The notes under the pieces are model-generated. The model saw nothing but the letters and a program-made list of their open reading frames with translations, did no database searches and had not been told where the DNA came from. Shown piece by piece: positions 18,913 through 29,327 of a stretch of 64,000 nt of DNA. This stretch comes from a candidate division WOR-3 bacterium (GTDB lineage: Bacteria; Hydrothermota; Hydrothermia; JBDRYB01). The DNA lies in the NCBI GenBank assembly GCA_039803205.1, contig JBDRYB010000003.1, forward strand, positions 1 through 64,000. Reading direction: 5' to 3'. Position 1 is the stretch's first letter, and every line of letters begins with the position of its first letter. The position numbers and the translations under genes were made by a program.

Positions 18913-20821
18913 GAACCCGGAGGATTACAGAAAGCACTTCTCCAGACTCATAATGCTCGAGCGCTCGGAGGAAATGCGCGCCATGAGGGAGGAGATACTC
19001 CGGCTATCTGGCGAGGAAAGGCAGGCTACCGGAAGGTGCGTGCTTGACATGAGCCTGTCAGACAAGGGGCCGTGGCTCGGGGGCAGAAGGCTGGTCTACT
19101 TGTTCCGAGCGGACATGCCTGAGACCGAAATAGGGCCATCTGACATGGTCATGGTTTCTCGGGGCCGCCCGCTCACGGAGGGGATAGCCGGCGTGATCCT
19201 AAAGCGCACGGGAAACGGTTTCGTGGTTGTTCTGGATAGCCCAATATCCTGGAGTAAGGTAAGGGTTGACCTCCTCTCAAACGACATCACATACGAGAGG
19301 ATGCTTTTTGCCCTGAAGAACATGGAGGGAGGGCTCTTCCCTTTGGGGTTCATCTTGGGCAAATCTGAGCCGCTCATCCAAAAGGAGGCCATCCGTATTC
19401 CGGATCACCTCAATCCTTCCCAAGCAAAAGCCCTAATGCTTGCGATGGGATCAAGGCCCATCTTTCTGATCCACGGCCCTTTTGGCACGGGAAAGACCCT
19501 CACCCTCGTTGAAATAATAGCAAAAGCGCTTGAGAGGGGGGAGAGGGTTCTGGCTTGCGGGGACTCAAATGTTGCAACGGACAACCTCTTGGAAGGCCTG
19601 GTCAAAAAGGGCCTAGAACCTCTGAGAATAGGCCATCCCGCAAAGGTATCTCCCCACCTGGTTTCGCACAGCCTTGACGCGATGGTTGAGGCACATCCGG
19701 AATTTGGAAAGTGCCGAAAGCTCTGGGAGGCCATAGAGGAGCTCAAAGCAGAGCAGTCAAGGTATCCGAGGCCAGACCCAGGGTCCCGGCGTGGCTACAC
19801 CTACCGTGAGATAGAGCGCCTTGCCAAGCATCACAAATCCGGACGCGGAATACCCAGGGAGAGAATAAAGGGAATGGCAGAATGGGTCCTGATCGAGAAG
19901 AAAATAACCGAACTTAGGCAGGAGGCTACCGAGAGGGAGGGCAGGATAATCAACGAGATAATCTCATCCGCCAGGGTGATATGCTCAACCTGCTCTGGCG
20001 CTGGCTCTGAGTTTCTTGAGGGGGAGGATTTTGACCTCCTGGTCCTTGACGAGGCAACCCAGGCAACTGAGCCATCGGCTCTCGTGCCCCTCGTAAAAGC
20101 AAGGAGGGCTGTTCTCGCCGGGGATCACAGGCAGTTGCCTCCGACAGTCATATCCAGGGAGGCTGAGCTGGGCGGCCTTGGCCTCAGTTTTTTCGAGAGG
20201 ATGATAGAACTGCATCCGGAGGCTTCCACCCTCCTTGACATCCAATACAGAATGCATCCGGACATAATGGAATTCCCGGCGAAGGCCTTCTACGCCGGTA
20301 AGCTGAGATCCGCAAAAGGGCTTGAGAAAATGAGATTATCCGATCTCCTGGCCATCCCGGCAAGAAACCCGGTTCTCGGAGATAGACCTGTTTTTTTCGT
20401 GGACACCGGAGGAACCCACAGGGAAAGAAGGAGGAAGGGTTCCCCGTCAAGGGAGAACCCGGGCGAGGCCGAGATCGTCAAGGGACTGGTGAAGGAGCTG
20501 CTGGCCCTTGGCCTTGATCCCTCGGAGGTCGGGGTGATAGCGCCCTATGAGGACCAGGTGAAGCTTCTGAGAGGTCTCCTGCCCGATGGGGTTGAGGTAA
20601 AGACGGTTGATGGGTTCCAGGGAAGGGAGAAGGAGGTTATAATACTCTCTCTCGTCAGGTCAAACCCCAAGGGCAAGATAGGGTTTCTCAAGGACAGACG
20701 CCGCCTGAATGTGGCGATAACCCGCGCGAGGAGGAAGCTCATAGTAATAGGGGACGCGGGGACCCTGGCGAGGGATAAGGTCTACAGGGATTTCGTGGGG
20801 TGGGCGAGGAGGATTAGCTAG
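18902..20821 (+). CDS. IGHMBP2/Upf1-like SF1 helicase
   Basis: 'HGPFGTGKT', 'SNVATDNL', 'DEATQ', 'GDHRQLPP', 'QYRMH', 'TVDGFQGREKE', 'RRLNVAITRAR'. Confidence 0.93.
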   Translation: MVFENPEDYRKHFSRLIMLERSEEMRAMREEILRLSGEERQATGRCVLDMSLSDKGPWLGGRRLVYLFRADMPETEIGPSDMVMVSRGRPLTEGIAGVILKRTGNGFVVVLDSPISWSKVRVDLLSNDITYERMLFALKNMEGGLFPLGFILGKSEPLIQKEAIRIPDHLNPSQAKALMLAMGSRPIFLIHGPFGTGKTLTLVEIIAKALERGERVLACGDSNVATDNLLEGLVKKGLEPLRIGHPAKVSPHLVSHSLDAMVEAHPEFGKCRKLWEAIEELKAEQSRYPRPDPGSRRGYTYREIERLAKHHKSGRGIPRERIKGMAEWVLIEKKITELRQEATEREGRIINEIISSARVICSTCSGAGSEFLEGEDFDLLVLDEATQATEPSALVPLVKARRAVLAGDHRQLPPTVISREAELGGLGLSFFERMIELHPEASTLLDIQYRMHPDIMEFPAKAFYAGKLRSAKGLEKMRLSDLLAIPARNPVLGDRPVFFVDTGGTHRERRRKGSPSRENPGEAEIVKGLVKELLALGLDPSEVGVIAPYEDQVKLLRGLLPDGVEVKTVDGFQGREKEVIILSLVRSNPKGKIGFLKDRRRLNVAITRARRKLIVIGDAGTLARDKVYRDFVGWARRIS

Positions 20822-20872
20822 ATATAGAAACCTGAATCCATTTCCCCGCATGAAGAAAACGAGGTTCTGTTC

Positions 20873-21862
20873 CTATTCCACGAAAACCCTAAAAGCCTGA
20901 TCCGGTGTATCGCAATATCCGACCTCTTTGGGGTTTGCGGGATCGGAAATATCTATGATTCTCAAGCCGCTATACGTGGCCGCAACATACGCGTAGTTCC
21001 CTGAAACGAAGACGCCGTAGGGTTTGTCCGGAGTCTGGCAATGCCCGACTTCTTTGGGGTTAGTGGGGTCAGATACATCTATCACCCGAAGCGTGGAATC
21101 CAAAGTGGTCACATAAGCGTAATTCCCAGAGACGAAAACACCCGCAGCGTTGGTAATGGGACATAAGCCAGCAAATGAGGGATTTGTGGGATCGTGAATG
21201 TCTATTATTACCAGTCCATCATCGCGAGCGGCCAAATAAAGATAGCTCCCTGAGGCATAGACGCCCAGAATATTCCATCCTGACATACAACCATCTGTAA
21301 TCACTTGAGGGGATGTTGGGTTAGAGATGTCCACGATAGCGAAGCCGTAATCGAATTCGGTAATGTAAGCGTAGTTTCCTGATACGAAAATTTCCCAAGC
21401 ATAAGCAAAATCGCAACTCGCTACCTTTTGAGGAGATGATGGGTTGGATATATCTATGACCCTCATATTGTACCGGTAGGCGCTATCGTATGTCAATACA
21501 TACGCGTAGTTCCCGGAGACGAAGAGGCTGTTGGGATAGTCTATCGCACTACAACAGCCAACCTTTTCTGGAGATGAGGGGTTGGAGATGTCTATTACTG
21601 CGAGGCCGTTGGGATAATCAGCTATATAGGCGTATTTCCCGGATACGAAAACATCATTGACGGTGTCCTCTGGAGTATTGTAAGAGCCAACCTCTTTAGG
21701 AGCTGAGGGATCAGAGATATCTATGACGCGGAGCCCGGCGTCTACATCTGCCACATATGCATATGGACCTTCACCATGCTCTTCTTTTGCGCAGTTCACG
21801 AGACCCGCCATAGGGATAAGGGTTATCCCTATGAACAACTTTGTGAGCCCTTTCCTCATCAT
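20873..21862 (-). CDS. LVIVD-repeat protein (probable lipoprotein)
   Basis: About 7 repeats of 'VFVSGNYAYV...GLRVIDISDPxxPKEVG'. Confidence 0.9.
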   Translation of the reverse strand: MMRKGLTKLFIGITLIPMAGLVNCAKEEHGEGPYAYVADVDAGLRVIDISDPSAPKEVGSYNTPEDTVNDVFVSGKYAYIADYPNGLAVIDISNPSSPEKVGCCSAIDYPNSLFVSGNYAYVLTYDSAYRYNMRVIDISNPSSPQKVASCDFAYAWEIFVSGNYAYITEFDYGFAIVDISNPTSPQVITDGCMSGWNILGVYASGSYLYLAARDDGLVIIDIHDPTNPSFAGLCPITNAAGVFVSGNYAYVTTLDSTLRVIDVSDPTNPKEVGHCQTPDKPYGVFVSGNYAYVAATYSGLRIIDISDPANPKEVGYCDTPDQAFRVFVE

Positions 21863-21913
21863 TTCATTACCTCCTTAAATATCTCCAAGAAGCCGTTTTT
21901 ATCTACCGAGAAA

Positions 21914-22195
21914 TTATAGACCCGAACAATGAGCTTCTTCAACCCAGTGCGTTTGCTCACCTGACACATTTATCCTCATCCTCTTCTTGTAGGCCTTTAA
22001 GGGATTGTTTTCATCGTAAACGGCAAAGACCAGGAGCCTCTCTTCTGTCTCTCTCAGGTATGTTGGCTCCATGAGGCAAACGGTGCCTTCATCCCCATCA
22101 GCGAATATCCTGCTGAGCCCAGCCATTATCTCCTCTTCCATCTCAGCAAGTTTCCTCAGTTTCCTCCTCAGCCCTTCAAGATTAAGGCCCTCCAT
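21914..22195 (-). CDS. Small hypothetical protein
   Basis: 93-aa ORF filling the gap; no recognisable motif. Confidence 0.45.
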   Translation of the reverse strand: MEGLNLEGLRRKLRKLAEMEEEIMAGLSRIFADGDEGTVCLMEPTYLRETEERLLVFAVYDENNPLKAYKKRMRINVSGEQTHWVEEAHCSGL

Positions 22196-22282
22196 AAAAC
22201 TTGAACCAGCATGACCCGTAGCTTTAGACTATGCACATAACATAGAGCCGGATCTAAAAGTGATTATTGGAGGTTTAGCACT

Positions 22283-23899
22283 ATGAATGGGACAAAGATA
22301 GGTGTGGCCTTTGTCCTTTCGGTGGGTTTTGCCTGGGCTGGGTTTGTGGCTCAGTACCTTTCTGAAATGGACCAGGCCACCAGAGAGAATGCTGTGATAA
22401 TCTTGGACTGGGCAGGAGCCCACACAGATGAGATGCTTCACGCTGAGTATCTCTGGAACACTGGGAGATACGATGAGGCTATATCCGCGATAGAAGCGCT
22501 GGAGCTTGAGTATGGGGATATGTGTATCGGAGTATCCTGGCGAAAACCAATAGAAACAGAAGGCCCAAAGTGGGGAACGGATGTTAGGGTTACTCCTATC
22601 CCAAATAATGTCGTCGATATAGAGCTGGTTAAGGCCGCTGGCAACAACAACCTCTTTATAGCTGCCAGAGGCGACACAGCTGGACTTTACCAGTGGTGGT
22701 TGTATATCTCCACGAATGGAGGAGCGAGCTGGGCTATGGCGGATTCCTGGGCTAGCACTGCGCCATTTACAGATGTAGACATAGCGGAACTTGGGGATGG
22801 TTATATATACCTGGCCTATTCCAACATGCGCGTTGAGCCTAAAGTGGTAAAAATGGTGAGGTTCAATGAGACAACAGGGGCATTCGATAATTCGTATGAT
22901 TTTTTTGATGCGGCTTTCGCGAACGACACCATATCTGAGATAAAACTGGAGCCATATCGGGGTTCTGTTCAGCAGTTATATCTCCTCTTTCTTGACAAAA
23001 GCCATAATCTTTACTATTTCTGGGGCACTAACGGAGGAACAACCTGGTATGATGCCAGCCCAGGAGTTACGGATGCAAGGAGCGGAATTGACATGGATTT
23101 TGGTTCCATGAGCGGTTCTCAACACTACCTATGGATAAGCTGGATAAACACATCTGGATACCTTCGGGCTGCTGGTAGAGTATCTGGTTCCTGGAAGTTT
23201 TACACCCCTATCTATTCCGTGAATGTAGCTTTTGGCACCAAAATAGCACAGCACGGGGATACTGTGATAATTCTAGATTCAGACATATATGCGGGCTACC
23301 TTGAATACTTTATAACCTTTGATGACGGAAACACCTGGGGGTATGGGATCATATACGATTCTACTCAAGCTGGTGCCTTTGATGTAACCGGACGAGGAAA
23401 CCAAGGCTGGCATGTTTCGTTCTGCAATTACAACCAATCGGGCAACAGTATCATGAAATACAGAAAGAGGCCCTATTCCGGAAACTGGGGTAATGTAGTG
23501 AGCTTTGGAGACAGGAACGCGTTCTTCAGCTACCACAGCTCAATTGATTACATCGGAGCAGGTGCTTATGGTGTTGCCTACATAGACTATCTTCGTATTG
23601 TCTGGTTCGATAGATCCGATTGGACGGATATCGCCGAATCCTCGTTTAGGCCTCTGCCCATGGATTTCAGAGCCATTCCAGGAGCGGGAAGGACAACGCT
23701 TTCATTTGTTCTACCGGAGGCCGGCTTCGCAAGCTTGAAGATATATGATGCTCGCGGCGCGCTTGTGAACGATCTATCGGGAAACTATGCGGCTGGACCA
23801 AATAGGGTTGAGTTCGTGCCTGACAAAAGCGGAAGCTACTTCGTTTTGCTCTCAACTGGAAAGGAGAGCGTGAGAGCGGGTTTTGTGGTGGTGAAATAG
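22283..23899 (+). CDS. Secreted BNR/Asp-box propeller protein with T9SS/FlgD-like CTD
   Basis: Signal peptide; 'STNGGASW', 'TNGGTTW', 'FDDGNTW'; CTD 'LKIYDARGALV...SGSYFV...FVVVK'. Confidence 0.8.
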   Translation: MNGTKIGVAFVLSVGFAWAGFVAQYLSEMDQATRENAVIILDWAGAHTDEMLHAEYLWNTGRYDEAISAIEALELEYGDMCIGVSWRKPIETEGPKWGTDVRVTPIPNNVVDIELVKAAGNNNLFIAARGDTAGLYQWWLYISTNGGASWAMADSWASTAPFTDVDIAELGDGYIYLAYSNMRVEPKVVKMVRFNETTGAFDNSYDFFDAAFANDTISEIKLEPYRGSVQQLYLLFLDKSHNLYYFWGTNGGTTWYDASPGVTDARSGIDMDFGSMSGSQHYLWISWINTSGYLRAAGRVSGSWKFYTPIYSVNVAFGTKIAQHGDTVIILDSDIYAGYLEYFITFDDGNTWGYGIIYDSTQAGAFDVTGRGNQGWHVSFCNYNQSGNSIMKYRKRPYSGNWGNVVSFGDRNAFFSYHSSIDYIGAGAYGVAYIDYLRIVWFDRSDWTDIAESSFRPLPMDFRAIPGAGRTTLSFVLPEAGFASLKIYDARGALVNDLSGNYAAGPNRVEFVPDKSGSYFVLLSTGKESVRAGFVVVK

Positions 23900-23902
23900 A
23901 CT

Positions 23903-23950
23903 AGGAAACGGAGGAGCAAAGCGCGAGAACAGTAAAGACGCCCGTTTCCT
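23903..23950. terminator. Inverted repeat between convergent genes
   Basis: AGGAAACGG ... CCGTTTCCT followed by TTTC. Confidence 0.45.
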
Positions 23951-23954
23951 TTTC

Positions 23955-24389
23955 CTATTTATCCCCTGATTTCCTGCACTTGCCGCAAATTCCGTGGATA
24001 ACCACATCCATACCTAGTATCTCGTATCCCATCCTGTCAACGGCCTCTTTTAGGGCCTTCTCAGCCTCAGGAGCGTCTATTTCCTCTATTGCGCCGCAGT
24101 TGTCGCATATGAGGTGAAAGTGGCGCGGATGGCCAATCACATGCTCGTAAAGCCTTCCGCCCTTTCCAAACCTGTGTTCCTTTACCAAGCCAGCATCAAC
24201 CATGAGGGTGAGGGTCCGATACACGGTCGCGCGGGAGATGTTCTTCGCTCTCAGGAGGAACTGGAGCTCCTCCGCGCTGAAGTGCTCGTGCAGGGCAAAG
24301 ACCCTCCTGGCTATCTCCTTTCTCTGGCCGGTTATCCTGTGGGCGTTCCGCCTCAGGAAATCAAGAAAAGCCGCCAGCTCCTCTTTCAT
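23955..24389 (-). CDS. fur: Fur-family transcriptional regulator
   Basis: 'RITGQR', 'HFSAEEL', 'ISRATVYRTL', 'HFHLICDNCG', 'GICGKC'. Confidence 0.9.
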   Translation of the reverse strand: MKEELAAFLDFLRRNAHRITGQRKEIARRVFALHEHFSAEELQFLLRAKNISRATVYRTLTLMVDAGLVKEHRFGKGGRLYEHVIGHPRHFHLICDNCGAIEEIDAPEAEKALKEAVDRMGYEILGMDVVIHGICGKCRKSGDK

Positions 24390-24979
24390 CCCTCTGACCT
24401 CAGAAGCTCCAGGAGAACCTCCACCTGTCTTTCCAGCTCCTCCATGGAGCCCTTGTTCTCTATGACAAACCAAGCCCTCCGGGCCTTTTCCTCTTGGGGG
24501 ATCTGGGCAGAAAGCATCCTTCGGACATCCTCCTCGGAGTATCCTGTCCTCCGCGCGGTGCGACGAACCATTTCCTCGGGATCGGAGGTGACCACAACGA
24601 CCCTGTCAAATAGCCCCTCAACACCGTATTCAAAAACGAGCGCCCCATCAACGAAAACGATTTCCCCTGGGGCCTCGTCCATGGCCTTGCCAACCAGAAA
24701 GGCTATCCGAGGCCTCATTATCAGGTTCAGCTTTCTGAGCTTGGAGGGATCAGAGAATATCTCCCTGCCCAGGCGCTTCCTGTCTACCTCGCCGGAACCC
24801 GTGAAGAATTCGGGGCCGAACTCTGCCCTTATCCTGTCTTTTATATCGGGGGCCGTAATCACAGCGTGAGCTATCTTATCCGCGTCAACAATGGGGAATC
24901 CCTTCTTTCTAAGGATCTCCGCGACCGCGCTCTTTCCGGAGCCGGTGTTCCCCGTTATGGCTATCTTAAGCTTTGCCAA
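24386..24979 (-). CDS. coaE: Dephospho-CoA kinase
   Basis: 'IAITGNTGSGKS', 'DADKIAH', 'VDRKRLG..IF'. TTG start inferred. Confidence 0.92.
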   Translation of the reverse strand: MAKLKIAITGNTGSGKSAVAEILRKKGFPIVDADKIAHAVITAPDIKDRIRAEFGPEFFTGSGEVDRKRLGREIFSDPSKLRKLNLIMRPRIAFLVGKAMDEAPGEIVFVDGALVFEYGVEGLFDRVVVVTSDPEEMVRRTARRTGYSEEDVRRMLSAQIPQEEKARRAWFVIENKGSMEELERQVEVLLELLRSEG

Positions 24980-25817
24980 GGCGCTCTCTCCAGGCTTGGG
25001 ATTGGATCCCCAAAAATGGCTGAAGCGCGCACTCGCAGGGTTCACGCTCACCTGCCCCCGCTCTGGCGACGAATTCCTCAACCAGAAGCCCTATCTCTTT
25101 AGCCCTCTCCTTCATGGCGATCTCAACCTCGGAGCCAGAGGGCCTGGCACCCCTTATGCCTGAGGCCATGTTAGCAACAACAGCGAGGCCAACGAAGCAG
25201 ATCCCGAGCTCCTTGGCGAGGACCGCTTCCGAGGCCATCGTCATTCCGACAACATGCGCTCCAAGGGTTCCAAAAGCCCTTATCTCGGCCGGGCTCTCAA
25301 GCCTTGGACCGCGGGTCTGAATGTATGTTCCGCCGTCCCTAACCGGAAGGCCCATCTCCTTTATAACGGAAAGCAGGATCTTTCTGAGTGCGGGGCAAAA
25401 GGGCTCGGTAAAACTGATGTGAACCCCCACGCCTTTGTTAATGAGCGCTGAGATGGGATCGTCGCTTTCCGGGACCTCAGGGCCCCCAGGGCCGTCGTAG
25501 AATGTAGGGGGAGGATTGAGGTCAATTAGGTCATCAAGCACGAGGTAATCCCCTGGGCTCAGGCTGGGATCTATGCCACCAACAGACCCCACCGAGAGGA
25601 TCGCTTTGGCGCCTTTGGAATAAAGCCCCCAGATGTTCGCCCTGTGAGGGACGCGATGAGCCAACCAAGCATGTTCCTCCCCGTGCCTTCCGAGAAAAAG
25701 GACCTCCTGCCCCGCTATCTCTTTTTGAATTATTGGGCCCGAGGTATTCCCAAAAGGGGTTCTCTCGGGTGGACCTGATATGCCGCTTATGCCGCTTCCA
25801 GTTATCACGCCTATCAT
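24966..25817 (-). CDS. mtnP: MTAP-family purine nucleoside phosphorylase
   Basis: 'GRHG..H', 'RANIWGL', 'GPRLESPAE', 'VGMT', 'E..LAKELG'. Confidence 0.85.
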   Translation of the reverse strand: MIGVITGSGISGISGPPERTPFGNTSGPIIQKEIAGQEVLFLGRHGEEHAWLAHRVPHRANIWGLYSKGAKAILSVGSVGGIDPSLSPGDYLVLDDLIDLNPPPTFYDGPGGPEVPESDDPISALINKGVGVHISFTEPFCPALRKILLSVIKEMGLPVRDGGTYIQTRGPRLESPAEIRAFGTLGAHVVGMTMASEAVLAKELGICFVGLAVVANMASGIRGARPSGSEVEIAMKERAKEIGLLVEEFVARAGAGEREPCECALQPFLGIQSQAWRERLGKA

Positions 25818-26902
25818 TCTCCCTCCAGGTATTTTCTGATTATTCGGTAGAGCTTAGCCAAAGAGGAAACCGAAACCCACTCCTCGTCTCCGTGGATGCC
25901 CCATCCCTCAGGGTAAGTTATCACGGTCGGTATTCCCTTCTCAGAGAAGAATCTGCCGTCCGTAGCGCCGTGCTCGTGGCCGGGGACCGGGGGATGGCCG
26001 AGAACCTCCTCCATGCACCTCGCGAATCTCACGAGGTGCGGCTCGTCCAGAGGGGTGTTGAATGGTTCGCCGGTTGACTCTACCTCGTAGCTGAGGCCGT
26101 GCCTCTCAGCGAGGTCTTTCACGGTCTCATCAACCCTGGCAACGCTCCAGGCCTCGGTGAACCTTATATCAAATGATGCCTCTGCCTCATCCGGAACGAT
26201 GTTGACCTTTTTCCCGCCTTTGATGAGACCTATGTTCAGGGTCTGGTGCCAGTGGCCCTCGTCTCCACAAGGCTCAGGCGTAGCGAAAACCCTCTTTAAT
26301 TCCTCGTAAAACCCGATTATTCTGTCTATGGCGTTATCCCCCGCCCAAGGAGCGGAACCGTGAACCGCCTTACCCTTAGCGAAAACCCTTATGTGAAAAG
26401 CGCCCTTACCCCTCGTGACCAGACTGAAATTGGGGCCGCCGTCCGGTATCACGACGAAATCCCCTGACCACCCTTCATCTCTGACTAGGTAAGCAACCCC
26501 GTTCGCACTGCCTATCTCCTCGTCCGTGGTCAGCATGAGGGCCGCAGAGGGGCACTTCCCCTCTCTGTAAAGGTCGCGAAAAACGGCCAGCATGACCGCT
26601 GAAGGCCCCTTCATGTCAAGGGCTCCCCTAGCATAGAGCTTGTCCCCTTCAAGGCGAGGCCTGAACTGCTCAGGCTTCGCGTCAACAACATCAAGGTGCG
26701 CCAGAAAGAGGGTTTCAGGCCTCTTGCCCTCCACGAAGCTCACGACCATGGAAGGCCTTCCCTCCCTCTCATACCTGTGCCGGATGAGGCCTTGTGGCAA
26801 AAAACCATCAGCTATACCGATAACCTTCTTGAGGGCCTCGGGGTTCTGAGCGACTGAAGGGACCTCCACGAGCTTGAGGGTCAGATTGAGCAGGTCGTCC
26901 AT
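25814..26902 (-). CDS. M20 (DapE/ArgE-like) metallopeptidase
   Basis: 'AHLDVV', 'ARGALDMKG', 'DEEIG', 'HGDEE'. Confidence 0.9.
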   Translation of the reverse strand: MDDLLNLTLKLVEVPSVAQNPEALKKVIGIADGFLPQGLIRHRYEREGRPSMVVSFVEGKRPETLFLAHLDVVDAKPEQFRPRLEGDKLYARGALDMKGPSAVMLAVFRDLYREGKCPSAALMLTTDEEIGSANGVAYLVRDEGWSGDFVVIPDGGPNFSLVTRGKGAFHIRVFAKGKAVHGSAPWAGDNAIDRIIGFYEELKRVFATPEPCGDEGHWHQTLNIGLIKGGKKVNIVPDEAEASFDIRFTEAWSVARVDETVKDLAERHGLSYEVESTGEPFNTPLDEPHLVRFARCMEEVLGHPPVPGHEHGATDGRFFSEKGIPTVITYPEGWGIHGDEEWVSVSSLAKLYRIIRKYLEGE

Positions 26903-26971
26903 TCAGGGAAAATTATAAGGCATTAGCTCGGGAACAATCTAATCCGCGGGATATCGCTCGGGGGCCCTTGC

Positions 26972-27817
26972 TCATTCTATCCTCGCTTCTTCCACGAGCC
27001 TTATGAGGTTCTCATCCCCTGTTGACCTCGCTATCTCCAGGGCCAATGGCTTCTGGCCCCATCTGACGAGCCAATCCAGAGCAACCGGCAATTCCGGGCG
27101 ATATTTCTCGGCAATGGCCCTGCGGTCATCCGGGTTCGCCTCCTCAAGTAGCCTCGCGAGGCGCTTGCCGGATGGGGGGCTTCCCTGTTTGAGCCATGTA
27201 GCGTATGCCCCGGGGAAAGGGGTTTTCACCCCGATGTAGCCTGTCGGAAAATCCGCGACAAACTCTAGGTAGGCAATCACATCCGAGGAATCAGTCTCCG
27301 AGAGAAGCCTGGCGAGGGTATCGCCGCTGAGCGTGAGGACATCCCTGTTGTATTCGGCAAAGAGCCTCGCGGATTCAACCATCTCCTTTATCAGGGTATC
27401 CCGCCATCCAGGGGAGGCATCCATGACATCCTCCGGCCAGAAAAGGGTTCTGCCAGTATCATCGGTGAACCAGATGTATAGCCTCCCGAGGGTGAGAATA
27501 GGGTCCTTGTTCCAGCCCCTTGCCGGCAGTTCCACCTTTATTTGCACGAGATCGCCCGGGCCCGGCCTCTCCCTTCCCCCCCTTGCCTTGACCTTTGCCC
27601 AGCCATCTCCTACCTCCTTTACCGTTCCCACCGCTATCATCTCCGTCTTACCCCAGACCCTGTAGAAACCCACATCAATTCCGGGCTTAACTCCCCATTC
27701 CTTTCCCCGGTTTATCTCGCAGATGAGGCCCTGCGTGTCAACAACCTGGGCCATGATGTAGGCCTTCTCATATGGGGGCTGGGCTGAGAGTAGAGCGTGA
27801 AGAAGAAAGGAAATCAT
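26972..27817 (-). CDS. Secreted hypothetical protein
   Basis: Short signal peptide; 'INRGKEWGVKPG' resembles a FlgT-C-like beta domain. Confidence 0.65.
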   Translation of the reverse strand: MISFLLHALLSAQPPYEKAYIMAQVVDTQGLICEINRGKEWGVKPGIDVGFYRVWGKTEMIAVGTVKEVGDGWAKVKARGGRERPGPGDLVQIKVELPARGWNKDPILTLGRLYIWFTDDTGRTLFWPEDVMDASPGWRDTLIKEMVESARLFAEYNRDVLTLSGDTLARLLSETDSSDVIAYLEFVADFPTGYIGVKTPFPGAYATWLKQGSPPSGKRLARLLEEANPDDRRAIAEKYRPELPVALDWLVRWGQKPLALEIARSTGDENLIRLVEEARIE

Positions 27818-28269
27818 AGCTTTCCTAGGAGTTCCTCAGCGCTTTCCGCATCTTCGTATCTGTGATGAGCCTCGCAGAGTTCCAAGGCCTTTTCAAGCTC
27901 TGCCCTGGCTTCCTCGCGCCTGTCTAGTTCTTTAAGCAGAATCCCCAGATTGATGTAAGCCGCTATGAAGTCCGGACTTATTCTTATTGCCTCGCGAAAT
28001 TCTCTTTCGGCTTCGCAATATTTTTTCAATTCCATGAGCGAAACACCCAAGTTGACATGCGCTGGGGCATGATCAGGTTCTATGCTTATTGCTTTCCGAA
28101 ACTCCTCCTCAGCTCTCTGAAAATCCCTCTGAGCTAAAAAGCCCACTCCTAGCCTGTGGTGTATTTCGGCTCTTTTCCTCTTCACGATAAAAGACAGAAA
28201 ACGAACAATAAGGAAGATAGCAAATGTTGATATAATCAATATGAGCGAGATAATCATCCTCTCCATCAT
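27814..28269 (-). CDS. Membrane-anchored TPR protein
   Basis: N-terminal TM plus three TPRs ('AHVNLG', 'AYINLG'). Confidence 0.85.
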   Translation of the reverse strand: MMERMIISLILIISTFAIFLIVRFLSFIVKRKRAEIHHRLGVGFLAQRDFQRAEEEFRKAISIEPDHAPAHVNLGVSLMELKKYCEAEREFREAIRISPDFIAAYINLGILLKELDRREEARAELEKALELCEAHHRYEDAESAEELLGKL

Positions 28270-28294
28270 TCTCCCTCCCTTTTGAACACCTCAC

Positions 28295-29320
28295 TCATTG
28301 TCCCCCGCTCGTCCCCACCTTCGCCTCGCACTTCGTCTTTATCTTTATCATCTCGTCGCGCATCTTCCGGTTCTCCTTCGTGTCCTCCATCTCATCCAGA
28401 AGGTTGAGGACGAAGTTGGCGTATTCAAGGGCTTCCTCGTATTTCCCAACGCGATACTTTGCGTGAGCGCACCAGTATGTCGCTAGAAGCACATTGCGGG
28501 GCCTGTGTATCTGCTCGTTGAGGACCAGATAAACCAGCTCCGAGTATGTCTCCTCGGCCTCAGCCCACTTCCCGAGCCTGCGCTGGCATGTTCCCAGTAG
28601 CCAGCGGAATGTCCTGCTTTCCGGATACCTAGCGACGAGGTCCTTTGCCAGGGGATAAGCATCCTTTGCCCTTCCCTCGCCCAAATAGACCCAAACCAGG
28701 GAGAACTGCGCGAGGTCTCTGGTATAGTCCCCTTGACGCCAAGCCTTTTCAAGCTCCTCCATGCCCCTTTGCTTCCGGGTCTCTTTGTCCTTTATGAAGG
28801 GAAGCCAGGAGAGGGACTTTGGCAGTTCTGATATGGCGTAATCATACATGCCGAGGGGATAGTAAGCATCGTATATCGTGGAATCTGTCTGGAGGCACAA
28901 GGCGAGGTTGTCAACAGCGTCCCAGGCTATCGTAACAGCAGAGGCAGGGTTTGCCCTCCCTTTTCTGAAAGCCTTGAAGCCAATGGCCGCGCCCTTGTAG
29001 AAGTATCCCCAAGCGAGACGACGGGTATCCCCGGATGATTTCGCGGATTTTATTATCGCGTCAGCCTTCTTTTCACCTGTTTTCAGGAGGTCATAGAACT
29101 CCTTCTCCCTGGTGTTGACCTCGTAGTCAGCCATGTATAGGTCAAGGAGCGCGGCCTTTAGGATGTAGGGTATTGGCTCATCCGGATAATCAGAGATTAT
29201 CTCGTTCATGAGGGCCTCTGCCTGGGAGTAGCGCTCCCTCATCCCGTATTCCATAGCCTCCATCGTGCGGTCGTGGAGGGCCGGATCATCAGAGGACAGA
29301 AAAACCAAAGCTACCAGCAC
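28295..29320 (-). CDS. Secreted TPR-like protein
   Basis: Helical repeats; GTG start 6 nt after TATAAT gives a signal-peptide-like N-terminus. Confidence 0.75.
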   Translation of the reverse strand: MLVALVFLSSDDPALHDRTMEAMEYGMRERYSQAEALMNEIISDYPDEPIPYILKAALLDLYMADYEVNTREKEFYDLLKTGEKKADAIIKSAKSSGDTRRLAWGYFYKGAAIGFKAFRKGRANPASAVTIAWDAVDNLALCLQTDSTIYDAYYPLGMYDYAISELPKSLSWLPFIKDKETRKQRGMEELEKAWRQGDYTRDLAQFSLVWVYLGEGRAKDAYPLAKDLVARYPESRTFRWLLGTCQRRLGKWAEAEETYSELVYLVLNEQIHRPRNVLLATYWCAHAKYRVGKYEEALEYANFVLNLLDEMEDTKENRKMRDEMIKIKTKCEAKVGTSGGQ

Positions 29321-29327
29321 AGGAGAA

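Noticed and set aside
18902..20821. Helicase as part of an anti-phage defence system
   Set aside because: It is a stand-alone IGHMBP2-type helicase with host-like composition and no nuclease or defence partner genes nearby.
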